64,000 nt of DNA. Origin: Bugula neritina (Eukaryota; Animalia; Bryozoa). Under the pieces are notes generated by a model. That model saw nothing but the letters and a program-made list of their open reading frames with translations, was not told the origin of the DNA and did not search any database. A program made the position numbers and the translations under genes. Positions 45,001 through 60,465 of this stretch are shown in pieces (within the stretch, counting starts at the first letter, position 1; each line of letters begins with the position of its first letter). Location: positions 18,072,259 to 18,136,258 of the forward strand of contig OZ037767.1 of NCBI GenBank assembly GCA_964035545.1, in the 5' to 3' direction.

Positions 45001-48000
45001 CTGAAATATACCGCAACATATCGAAGTATATCGTAATATACGGACATGTACTGTAACATACTGAAACATACTGAAACATACTAAAATATACTGGAACATA
45101 TCGAAACATACTGCAACATAATGAAATATACTGTACCACGAAATGTACTGTAACATAGTGGAATATACTGTAACACACTGAAATATACTGCAACATATTG
45201 AAATACACTGTAACATAATGAAATATACTGCAACATACTGCAACATACTGCAACATACTGAAATACACTGTAACATACTGATATACACTGCAACATACTA
45301 CAACATAGTGAAATACACTGCAACATACTGAAATATACTGTGACACACTGAAAGAGACTGCAACATACTGAAATACACTGTAATATACTGATATACACTG
45401 CAAAATACTGAAATACCCTGCTACATACTGAAATATACTGCAAGATACTGCAACATACTGAAATACAGTGTAACATACTGAAATACACTGCAACGTACTG
45501 CATTATACTGACATACACTGGAACATATTGAAATACACCGCAACAAATTGAAGTATACTGCAACACACAGAAACATACGGCAACATAATGAAATATGCTG
45601 TAGCATACTGAAATACACTGCAACACACTGAAGTATACTGCAACATACTGAAATATACTGCAACACACTGCAACTTACTGAAATAGACTAAAACATACTG
45701 AAATACACTGCAGAATACTACAACATACTGAAATACACTGTAACATGTTGAAATACACTGCAACACATTGAAATATACTGCAACATACCGAAATATATGG
45801 TAAACTACTGAAATATGCTGTGACACATAGAAAAATACTGCAATATACTGAAACATACTGTAACACACTGAAATATACTGCGACATACTGAAAAACACTG
45901 TAACATACTGAAACATACTGCAACATACTGAAATACACTGCAACATACTAAAACATATTGAAATACACTGCAACACATTGAAATATACTGCAACATACCT
46001 AAATATATGGTAATATACTGAAATATACTGTAACATACTGAAATATACTGCAAGATACTGCAACATACTGAAATGCACTTTAACATACTGAAATACACTG
46101 CAACATACTGACTTATACTGACATACACTGGAACATATTGAAATACACTGCAACAAATTGAAGTGTGCTGCAACACACTGAAACATACGGCAACATGCTA
46201 AAATATACTGAAATATAATGCAAGATACTGCAACATACTGAAATACACTGTGACATACTGAGATACACTGCAACATACTGCAACATACTGAAACACACTG
46301 CAATTTATTGAAATACACTGCAACACATTGAAATATACTGCAACACACCGAAACATACGGCAACATACTGAAATATGATGTAGCATACTGAAATACACTG
46401 CAACACACTGAAGTATACTGTAATATACACAAATGTACTGTAACAAACTGAAACATACGTCAACATACTGAAATGTACTGCACCATACTGAAATACACTG
46501 TAATATACTGAATTACACTGCGACATACTGCAACATACTGAAATACGCTGTAACATATTGAAATACACTGCAACACATTGAAATATACCGTAACTCACTA
46601 AAATATAGTGTTATCAACGGAAATGTACTGTAACATACTGAAACATACTGAAACATACTAAAATATACTGGAGCATACCGAAACGTACTGCAACGTCCTG
46701 AAATATACGGCGAGATACTGCAACATACGGAAATACACTGTAACATACTGAAATACACTGCAGAAAACTACAACATACTGAAATACACTGTAACATGTTG
46801 AAATACACTGCGACACATTGAAATATACTGCAACATACCGAAATATATGGTAAACTACTGAAATATGCTGTGACACATAGAAAAATACTGCAATATACTG
46901 AAATATACTGTAACACACTGAAATATACTGCGTCATACTGAAAAACACTGTAACATACTGAAAAATACTGCAACATCCTGAAATACATCACAACATACTG
47001 CAACATATTGAAATACTCTGCAACACAGTGAAATATACTGCAACATACCTAAGTATATGGTAATATACTGAAATATACTGTAACATACTGAAATATACTG
47101 CAAGATACTGCAACATACTGAAATGCACTTTAACATACTGAAATACACTGCAACATACTGCAACATACTGCAACATACTGAATTACAGTGTAACATATTG
47201 AAACACACTGCAATACATTGAAATATACTGCAACACACTGAAACATACGGCAACATACTCAAATATACTGCAACACATTGAAATATACTGCAACATACTG
47301 AAATATAATGCAAGATACTGCAACATACTGAAATACACTGCTACATACTGAAATACACTGCAACATACTGACTTATACTGACATACACTGGAACATATTG
47401 GTATACACTGCAACAAATTAAAATATACTGCAACACACTGAAACAGACAGGAACATGCTGAAATATACAGCGACACATTGAAGTATACTGCAACATACTG
47501 CAATATACTGAAATATAATGCAAAATACTGCAACATACTGAAATACACTGTGACATACTGAGATACACTGCAACATACTGCAACATACTAAAATACGCTG
47601 TAACTTATTGAAATACACTGCAACATACTGACTTATAGCCTACTGACATACACTGGAACAACTTAAAATACACTGCAACAAATTGAAGTATACTGCAACA
47701 CACTGAAGTATACTGTGATATACAGAAATGTACTGTAACAAACTGAAACATACGTCAACATACTGAAAGACACTGCCACATACTGAAATATACTGCAACA
47801 AACTGAAATAAACTGGAACATACTAAAATACACTGCTACATACTGAAATACACTGTAACATGTTGAAATACACTGCAACACATCGAAATATACTGCAACA
47901 CACCGAAACATACAGCAACATACTGAAATACACTGCTACATACTGAAATTTACTGCAACATACTGCAACATGCTGAAATACACTGTAATATACTGAGTTA

Positions 48001-51000
48001 CACTGCAACATACTGCAACATACTGAAATACGCTGTAACATATTGAAACACACTGCAACACATTGAAATATACTGTAAGTCACTGAAATATAGTGTAATA
48101 AACGGAAATATACTGTAACATACTGAAACATACTGAAACATACTAAAATATACTGGAGCATACCGAGACGTACTGCAACATACTGAAATATACTGCCAGA
48201 TACTGCAACATACTGAAATACACTGTAACATACTGAAATACACTGCAACACACTGAAACATACTGCAACATACGGAAATATACTGCAACATATCAAAGTG
48301 TATCAAAATATACGGACATGTACTGTAACATACTGAAACATACTGAAACATACTAAAATATACTGGAACATACCGGAACATACTGCAAAATAATGAAACA
48401 TACTGTACCACACTGAAATATACGGCAAAATACTGAAATACACTGCAACATACTGCATTATACTGACATACACTGGAACATATTGAAATACACTGCAACA
48501 AATTTAAGTATACTGCAATACACTGAAACATACGGCAATATACTCAAATATACTGCAACACATTAAAATATACTGCAACGTACTGAAATATGATGCAAGA
48601 TACTGCAACATACTGAAATACACTGTGACATACTGAGATACACAGCAACATTCTGCAACATACTGAAATACACTGTAACATATTGAAACACACTGCAACA
48701 CATTGAATTATACTGCAACACACCGAAACGTACGGCAACATATTGAAATATGCTGTAGCATACTGAAATACACTGCAACACACTGAAGTATACTGTAATA
48801 TACATAAATGTACTGTAACAAACTGAAATATACTGCAACATACTGAAATATACTGCAACACACTGCAACTTACTGAAATACACTGTAAGATACTAAAATA
48901 CACTGCAAAATACTACAACATACTGAAATATACTGTAACACATAGAAAAATACTGCATATACTGCAATATACTGTAACACACTGAAATATACTGCAACAT
49001 ACTGAAATACACTGTAACATACTGAAACATACTGCAACATACTGAAATACACTGCAACATACTACAACATTTTGAAATACACTGCAACACATTGAAATAT
49101 ACTGCAACATACCTAAATATACGGTAATATACTGAAATATACTGTAACATACTGAAATATACTGCAAGATACTGCAACATACTGAAATGCACTTTAACAT
49201 ACTGAAATACACTGCAACATACTGACTTATAGCCTACTGACATACACTGGAACAACTTAAAATACACTGCAACAAATTGAAGTATACTGCAACACACTGA
49301 AGTATACTGTAATATACAGAAATGTACTGTAACAAACTGAAACATACGTCAACATACTGAAAGACACTGCCACATACTGAAATATACTGCAACAAACTGA
49401 AATATACTGGAACATACTAAAATACACTGCTACATACTGAAATACACTGTAACATATTGAAATACACTGCAACACATTGAAATATACTGCAACACACCGA
49501 AACATACAGCAACATACTGAAATACATTGCTACATACTGAAATTTACTGCAACATACTGCAACATACTGAAATACACTGCTACATACTGAAATTTACTGC
49601 AACATACTGCAACATACTGAAATACACTGTAATATACTGAGTTACACTGCAACATACTGCAACATACTGAAATACGCTGTAACATATTGAAACACACTGC
49701 AACACATTGAAATATACTGTAACTCACTGAAATATAGTGTAATAAACGGAAATATACTGTAACATACTGAAACATACCGAAACATGCTAAAATATACTGG
49801 AGCATACCGAGACGTACTGCAACATACTGAAATATACTGCCAGATACTGCAACATACTGAAATACACTGTAACATACTGAAATACACTGCAACATACTGC
49901 AACATACTGCAACATACTGAAATACGGTGTAACATATTGAAATTCATTGCAATACATTGAAATATACTGCAACACACTGAATCATACTACAACATACTGA
50001 AATATACCGCAACATATCGAAGTATATCGTAATATACGGACATGTACTGTAACATACTGAAACATACTGAAACATACTAAAATATACTGGAACATACCGA
50101 AACATACTGCAACATAATGAAATATACTGTACCACGAAATGTACTGTAACATAGTGGAATATACTGTAACACACTGAAATATACTGCAACATACTGAAAT
50201 ACACTGTAACATACTGAAATACACTGCAACATACTACAACATAGTGAAATACACTGCAACATACTGAAATATACTGTGACACACTGAAAGAGACTGCAAC
50301 ATACTGAAATACACTGTAATATACTGATATACACTGCAAAATACTGAAATACCCTGCTACATACTGAAATATACTGCAAGATACTGCAACATACTGAAAT
50401 ACAGTGTAACATACTGAAATACACTGCAACGTACTGCATTATACTGACATACACTGGAACATATTGAAATACACCGCAACAAATTGAAGTATACTGCAAC
50501 ACACAGAAACATACGGCAACATAATGAAATATGCTGTAGCATACTGAAATACACTGCAACACACTGAAGTATACTGCAACATACTGAAATATACTGCAAC
50601 ACACTGCAACTTACTGAAATAGACTAAAACATACTGAAATACACTGCAGAATACTACAACATACTGAAATACACTGTAACATGTTGAAATACACTGCAAC
50701 ACATTGAAATATACTGCAACATACCGAAATATATGGTAAACTACTGAAATATGCTGTGACACATAGAAAAATACTGCAATATACTGAAACATACTGTAAC
50801 ACACTGAAATATACTGCGACATACTGAAAAACACTGTAACATACTGAAACATACTGCAACATACTGAAATACACTGCAACATACTACAACATATTGAAAT
50901 ACACTGCAACACATTGAAATATACTGCAACATACCTAAATATATGGTAATATACTGAAATATACTGTAACATACTGAAATATACTGCAAGATACTGCAAC

Positions 51001-53183
51001 ATACTGAAATGCACTTTAACATACTGAAATACACTGCAACATACTGACTTATACTGACATACACTGGAACATATTGAAATACACTGCAACAAATTGAAGT
51101 GTGCTGCAACACACTGAAACATACGGCAACATGCTGAAATATACTGAAATATAATGCAAGATACTGCAACATACTGAAATACACTGTGACATACTGAGAT
51201 ACACTGCAACATACTGCAACATACTGAAACACACTGTAACTTATTGAAATACACTGCAACACATTGAAATATACTGCAACACACCGAAACATACGGCAAC
51301 ATACTGAAATATGATGTAGCATACTGAAATACACTGCAACACACTGAAGTATACTGTAATATACACAAATGTACTGTAACAAACTGAAACATACGTCAAC
51401 ATACTGAAATGTACTGCACCATACTGAAATACACTGTAATATACTGAATTACACTGCGACATACTGCAACATACTAAAATACGCTGTAACATATTGAAAT
51501 ACACTGCAACACATTGAAATATACCGTAACTCACTAAAATATAGTGTTATCAACGGAAATGTACTGTAACATACTGAAACATACTGAAACATACTAAAAT
51601 ATACTGGAGCATACCGAAACGTACTGCAACGTCCTGAAATATACTGCGAGATACTGCAACATACGGAAATACACTGTAACATACTGAAATACACTGCAGA
51701 AAACTACAACATACTGAAATACACTGTAACATGTTGAAATACACTGCGACACATTGAAATATACTGCAACATACCGAAATATATGGTAAACTACTGAAAT
51801 ATGCTGTGACACATAGAAAAATACTGCAATATACTGAAATATACTGTAACACACTGAAATATACTGCGTCATACTGAAAAACACTGTAACATACTGAAAA
51901 ATACTGCAACATCCTGAAATACATCACAACATACTGCAACATATTGAAATACTCTGCAACACAGTGAAATATACTGCAACATACCTAAGTATATGGTAAT
52001 ATACTGAAATATACTGTAACATACTGAAATATACTGCAAGATACTGCAACATACTGAAATGCACTTTAACATACTGAAATACACTGCAACATACTGCAAC
52101 ATACTGCAACATACTGAATTACAGTGTAACATATTGAAACACACTGCAATACATTGAAATATACTGCAACACACTGAAACATACGGCAACATACTCAAAT
52201 ATACTGCAACACATTGAAATATACTGCAACATACTGAAATATAATGCAAGATACTGCAACATACTGAAATACACTGCTACATACTGAAATACACTGCAAC
52301 ATACTGACTTATACTGACATACACTGGAACATATTGGTATACACTGCAACAAATTAAAATATACTGCAACACACTGAAACAGACAGGAACATGCTGAAAT
52401 ATACAGCGACACATTGAAGTATACTGCAACATACTGCAATATACTGAAATATAATGCAAAATACTGCAACATACTGAAATACACTGTGACATACTGAGAT
52501 ACACTGCAACATACTGCAACATACTGAAATACGCTGTAACTTCTTGAAATACACTGCAACATACTGACTTATAGCCTACTGACATACACTGGAACAACTT
52601 AAAATACACTGCAACAAATTGAAGTATACTGCAACACACTGAAGTATACTGTAATATACAGAAATGTACTGTAACAAACTGAAACATACGTCAACATACT
52701 GAAAGACACTGCCACATACTGAAATATACTGCAACAAACTGAAATATACTGGAACATACTAAAATACACTGCTACATACTGAAATACACTGTAACATGTT
52801 GAAATACACTGCAACACATCGAAATATACTGCAACACACCGAAACATACAGCAACATACTGAAATACACTGCTACATACTGAAATTTACTGCAACATACT
52901 GCAACATGCTGAAATACACTGTAATATACTGAGTTACACTGCAACATACTGCAACATACTGGAATACGCTGTAACATATTGAAACACACTGCAACACATT
53001 GAAATATACTGTAACTCACTGAAATATAGTGTAATAAACGGAAATATACTGTAACATACTGAAACATACTGAAACATACTAAAATATACTGGAGCATACC
53101 GAGACGTACTGCAACATACTGAAATATACTGCCAGATACTGCAACATACTGAAATACACTGTAACATACTGAAATACACTGCA
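31552..53183 (+). repeat. HOR domain III: A(1644)-B(3352)-B(3352) = 8348-bp super-unit, arranged A B B A B B A B', where B' is 3292 bp
   Basis: Offset 3352: 33248/36600, 33803/37155, 35963/39315, 41596/44948, 44311/47663. Offset 8348: 31848/40196/48544, 32561/40909/49257, 33803/42151, 39650/47998. 2 x 3352 + 1644 = 8348. B' carries a 60-bp in-register deletion near 50190 (42151 to 50439 = 8288). Confidence 0.92.
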
Positions 53184-56100
53184 ACATACTGCAACATACT
53201 GCAACATACTGAAATACGGTGTAACATATTGAAATTCACTGCAATACATTGAAATATACTGCAACACACTGAATCATACTGCAACATACTGAAATACACT
53301 GTAACATACTGAAATACACTGCAACATACTGCAACATACTGCAACATACTGAAATACGGTGTAACATATTGAAATTCACTGCAATACATTGAAATATACT
53401 GCAACACACTAAAATATACTGCAACATACTGCAACACACGGAAGTTTGCTGTAGTATGTTAAAATGCACGGCAACATACTGAAATACACTGTAACATTTT
53501 AAAATATACTGTGACACACTGAAATATACTGCAACATACTGAAATACACTGTAACATACTGAAATACACTGCAACATACTGAAATACACTGCTACATACT
53601 GAAATATACTGCAAGATACTGCAACATACTGAAATACAGTGTAGCATACTGAAATACACTGCAACATGCTGCATTATACTGACATACACTGGAACGTATT
53701 GAAATACATTGCAACACATTGAAATATACTGTAACTCACTGAAATATAGTGTAATCAACGGAAATGTACTGTAACATACTGAAACATACTGAAACATACT
53801 AAAATATACTGGAGCATACCGAAACGTACTGCAACATACTGAAATATACTGCGAGATACTGCAACATACTGAAATACACTGTAACATACTGAAATACACT
53901 GCAACATACTGCAACATACTGCAACATACTGAATTACAGTGTAACATATTGAAACACACTGCAATACATTGAAATATACTGCAACACACTGAAACATACT
54001 GCAATATACTGAAATATACTGCAACATATGGAACTGTATCGTAATATACGGACATGTACTGTAACATACTGAAACATACCGAAACATACTGAAATATACT
54101 GGAACATACCGGAACATACTGCAACATAATGAAATATACTGTACCAAACTGAAATATACGGCAAAATACTGGAATATACTGTAACACACTGAAATATACT
54201 GCAACATATTGAAATACACTGTAACATAATGAAATATACTGCAACATACTGCAACATACTGCAACATACTGAAATACACTGTAACATACTGAAATACACT
54301 GCAACATACTACAACATATTGAAATACACTGCAACACATTGAAATATACTGCAACATACCTAAATATATGGTAATATACTGAAATATACTGTAACATACT
54401 GAAATATACTGCAAGATACTGCAACATACTGAAATGCACTTTAACATACTGAAATACACTGCAACATACTAACTTATACTGACATACACTGGAACATATT
54501 GAAATACACTGCAACAAATTGAAGTATGCTGCAACACACTGAAACATACGGCAACATGCTGAAACATACAGCGACACATTGAAATATACTGCAACATACT
54601 GCAATATACGGAAATATAATGCAAGATACTGCATCATACCGAAATACACTGTGACATACTGAGATACACTGCAACATACTGCAAAATACTGAAATACACT
54701 GTAACTTATTGAAATACACTGCAACACATTGAAATATACTGCAACACACCGAAACATACGGCAACATACTGAAATATGATGTAGCATACTGAAATACACT
54801 GCAACACACTGAAGTATACTGTAATATACACAAATGTACTGTTACAAACTGAAACATACGTCAACATACTGAAATGTACTGCACCATACTGAAATACACT
54901 GTAATATACTGAATTACACTGCAACATACTGCAACATACTGAAATACGCTGTAACATATTGAAATACACTGCAACACATTGAAATATACTGTAACTCACT
55001 GAAATATAGCGTAATCAACGGAAATGTACTGTAACATACTGAAACATACTGAAACATACTGAAACATACTAAAACATACTGGAGCATACCGAAACGTACT
55101 GCAACATACTGAAATATACTGCGAGATACTGCAACATACTGAAATACACTGGAACATACTGAAATACACTGCAACATACTGAAACATACCGAAACATACT
55201 AAAATATACTGGAACATACCGGAACATACTGCAACATAATGAAATATACTGTACCAAACTGAAATATACGGCAAAATACTGGAATATACTGTAACACACT
55301 GAAATATACTGCAACATATTGAAATACACTGTAACATAATGAAATATACTGCAACATACTGCAACATACTGCAACATACTGAAATACACTGTAACATACT
55401 GAAATACACTGCAACATACTACAACATATTGAAATACACTGCAACACATTGAAATATACTGCAACATACCTAAATATATGGTAATATACTGAAATATACT
55501 GTAACATACTGAAATATACTGCAAGATACTGCAACATACTGAAATGCACTGTAATATACTGAGTTACACTGCAACATACTGCAACATACTGAAATACGCT
55601 GTAACATATTGAAACACACTGCAACACATTGAAATATACTGTAACTCACTGAAATATAGTGTAATAAACGGAAATATACTGTAACATACTGAAACATACC
55701 GAAACATGCTAAAATATACTGGAGCATACCGAGACGTACTGCAACATACTGAAATATACTGCCAGATACTGCAACATACTGAAATACACTGTAACATACT
55801 GAAATACACTGCAACATACTGCAACATACTGCAACATACTGAAATACGGTGTAACATATTGAAATTCATTGCAATACATTGAAATATACTGCAACACACT
55901 GAATCATACTACAACATACTGAAATATACCGCAACATATCGAAGTATATCGTAATATACGGACATGTACTGTAACATACTGAAACATACTGAAACATACT
56001 AAAATATACTGGAACATACCGAAACATACTGCAACATAATGAAATATACTGTACCACGAAATGTACTGTAACATAGTGGAATATACTGTAACACACTGAA

Positions 56101-59100
56101 ATATACTGCAACATACTGAAATACACTGTAACATACTGAAATACACTGCAACATACTACAACATAGTGAAATACACTGCAACATACTGAAATATACTGTG
56201 ACACACTGAAAGAGACTGCAACATACTGAAATACACTGTAATATACTGATATACACTGCAAAATACTGAAATACCCTGCTACATACTGAAATATACTGCA
56301 AGATACTGCAACATACTGAAATACAGTGTAACATACTGAAATACACTGCAACGTACTGCATTATACTGACATACACTGGAACATATTGAAATACACCGCA
56401 ACAAATTGAAGTATACTGCAACACACAGAAACATACGGCAACATAATGAAATATGCTGTAGCATACTGAAATACACTGCAACACACTGAAGTATACTGCA
56501 ACATACTGAAATATACTGCAACACACTGCAACTTACTGAAATAGACTAAAACATACTGAAATACACTGCAGAATACTACAACATACTGAAATACACTGTA
56601 ACATGTTGAAATACACTGCAACACATTGAAATATACTGCAACATACCGAAATATATGGTAAACTACTGAAATATGCTGTGACACATAGAAAAATACTGCA
56701 ATATACTGAAACATACTGTAACACACTGAAATATACTGCGACATACTGAAAAACACTGTAACATACTGAAACATACTGCAACATACTGAAATACACTGCA
56801 ACATACTACAACATATTGAAATACACTGCAACACATTGAAATATACTGCAACATACCTAAATATATGGTAATATACTGAAATATACTGTAACATACTGAA
56901 ATATACTGCAAGATACTGCAACATACTGAAATGCACTTTAACATACTGAAATACACTGCAACATACTGACTTATACTGACATACACTGGAACATATTGAA
57001 ATACACTGCAACAAATTGAAGTGTGCTGCAACACACTGAAACATACGGCAACATGCTGAAATATACTGAAATATAATGCAAGATACTGCAACATACTGAA
57101 ATACACTGTGACATACTGAGATACACTGCAACATACTGCAACATACTGAAACACACTGTAACTTATTGAAATACACTGCAACACATTGAAATATACTGCA
57201 ACACACCGAAACATACGGCAACATACTGAAATATGATGTAGCATACTGAAATACACTGCAACACACTGAAGTATACTGTAATATACACAAATGTACTGTA
57301 ACAAACTGAAACATACGTCAACATACTGAAATGTACTGCACCATACTGAAATACACTGTAATATACTGAATTACACTGCGACATACTGCAACATACTAAA
57401 ATACGCTGTAACATATTGAAATACACTGCAACACATTGAAATATACCGTAACTCACTAAAATATAGTGTTATCAACGGAAATGTACTGTAACATACTGAA
57501 ACATACTGAAACATACTAAAATATACTGGAGCATACCGAAACGTACTGCAACGTCCTGAAATATACTGCGAGATACTGCAACATACGGAAATACACTGTA
57601 ACATACTGAAATACACTGCAGAAAACTACAACATACTGAAATACATTGTAACATGTTGAAATACACTGCGACACATTGAAATATACTGCAACATACCGAA
57701 ATATATGGTAAACTACTGAAATATGCTGTGACACATAGAAAAATACTGCAATATACTGAAATATACTGTAACACACTGAAATATACTGCGTCATACTGAA
57801 AAACACTGTAACATACTGAAAAATACTGCAACATCCTGAAATACATCACAACATACTGCAACATATTGAAATACTCTGCAACACAGTGAAATATACTGCA
57901 ACATACCTAAGTATATGGTAATATACTGAAATATACTGTAACATACTGAAATATACTGCAAGATACTGCAACATACTGAAATGCACTTTAACATACTGAA
58001 ATACACTGCAACATACTGCAACATACTGCAACATACTGAATTACAGTGTAACATATTGAAACACACTGCAATACATTGAAATATACTGCAACACACTGAA
58101 ACATACGGCAACATACTCAAATATACTGCAACACATTGAAATATACTGCAACATACTGAAATATAATGCAAGATACTGCAACATACTGAAATACACTGCT
58201 ACATACTGAAATACACTGCAACATACTGACTTATACTGACATACACTGGAACATATTGGTATACACTGCAACAAATTAAAATATACTGCAACACACTGAA
58301 ACAGACAGGAACATGCTGAAATATACAGCGACACATTGAAGTATACTGCAACATACTGCAATATACTGAAATATAATGCAAAATACTGCAACATACTGAA
58401 ATACACTGTGACATACTGAGATACACTGCAACATACTGCAAAATACTGAAATACGCTGTAACTTCTTGAAATACACTGCAACATACTGACTTATAGCCTA
58501 CTGACATACACTGGAACAACTTAAAATACACTGCAACAAATTGAAGTATACTGCAACACACTGAAGTATACTGTAATATACAGAAATGTACTGTAACAAA
58601 CTGAAACATACGTCAACATACTGAAAGACACTGCCACATACTGAAATATACTGCAACAAACTGAAATATACTGGAACATACTAAAATACACTGCTACATA
58701 CTGAAATACACTGTAACATGTTGAAATACACTGCAACACATCGAAATATACTGCAACACACCGAAACATACAGCAACATACTGAAATACACTGCTACATA
58801 CTGAAATTTACTGCAACATACTGCAACATGCTGAAATACACTGTAATATACTGAGTTACACTGCAACATACTGCAACATACTGGAATACGCTGTAACATA
58901 TTGAAACACACTGCAACACATTGAAATATACTGTAACTCACTGAAATATAGTGTAATAAACGGAAATATACTGTAACATACTGAAACATACTGAAACATA
59001 CTAAAATATACTGGAGCATACCGAGACGTACTGCAACATACTGAAATATACTGCCAGATACTGCAACATACTGAAATACACTGTAACATACTGAACTACA

Positions 59101-60465
59101 CTGCAACATACTGCAACATACTGCAACATACTGAAATACGGTGTAACATATTGAAATTCACTGCAATACATTGAAATATACTGCAACACACTGAATCATA
59201 CTGCAACATACTGAAATACACTGTAACATACTGAAATACACTGCAACATACTGCAACATACTGCAACATACTGAAATACGGTGTAACATATTGAAATTCA
59301 CTGCAATACATTGAAATATACTGCAACACACTAAAATATACTGCAACATACTGCAACACACGGAAGTTTGCTGTAGTATGTTAAAATGCACGGCAACATA
59401 CTGAAATACACTGTAACATTTTAAAATATACTGTGACACACTGAAATATACTGCAACATACTGAAATACACTGTAACATACTGAAATACACTGCAACATA
59501 CTGAAATACACTGCTACATACTGAAATATACTGCAAGATACTGCAACATACTGAAATACAGTGTAGCATACTGAAATACACTGCAACATGCTGCATTATA
59601 CTGACATACACTGGAACGTATTGAAACACATTGCAACACATTGAAATATACTGTAACTCACTGAAATATAGTGTAATCAACGGAAATGTACTGTAACATA
59701 CTGAAACATACTGAAACATACTAAAATATACTGGAGCATACCGAAACGTACTGCAACATACTGAAATATACTGCGAGATACTGCAACATACTGAAATACA
59801 CTGTAACATACTGAAATACACTGCAACATACTGCAACATACTGCAACATACTGAATTACAGTGTAACATATTGAAACACACTGCAATACATTGAAATATA
59901 CTGCAACACACTGAAACATACTGCAATATACTGAAATATACTGCAACATATGGAACTGTATCGTAATATACGGACATGTACTGTAACATACTGAAACATA
60001 CCGAAACATACTGAAATATACTGGAACATACCGGAACATACTGCAACATAATGAAATATACTGTACCAAACTGAAATATACGGCAAAATACTGGAATATA
60101 CTGTAACACACTGAAATATACTGCAACATATTGAAATACACTGTAACATAATGAAATATACTGCAACATACTGCAACATACTGCAACATACTGAAATACA
60201 CTGTAACATACTGAAATACACTGCAACATACTACAACATATTGAAATACACTGCAACACATTGAAATATACTGCAACATACCTAAATATATGGTAATATA
60301 CTGAAATATACTGTAACATACTGAAATATACTGCAAGATACTGCAACATAGTGAAATGCACTTTAACATATTGAAATACACTGCAACATACTGACTTATA
60401 CTGACATACACTGGAACATATTGAAATACACTGCAACAAATTGAAGTATGCTGCAACACACTGAA
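49628..60465 (+). repeat. HOR domain IV: 5922-bp tandem duplication with its junction at ~55550
   Basis: ORF pairs offset by 5922: 49642/55564, 49944/55866, 50439/56361, 52119/58041, 53236/59158, 53934/59856. A chimeric junction gaaatgcact|gtaatatact gagttacact is visible at 55541-55570. Confidence 0.9.

Noticed and set aside
33196-49891. HORs being purely an assembly artefact
   Set aside because: Not fully excluded for the near-identical 3352 and 8348 copies. However, most duplicate pairs in the window carry copy-specific SNPs and lineage-consistent shared variants, which favours real duplications.
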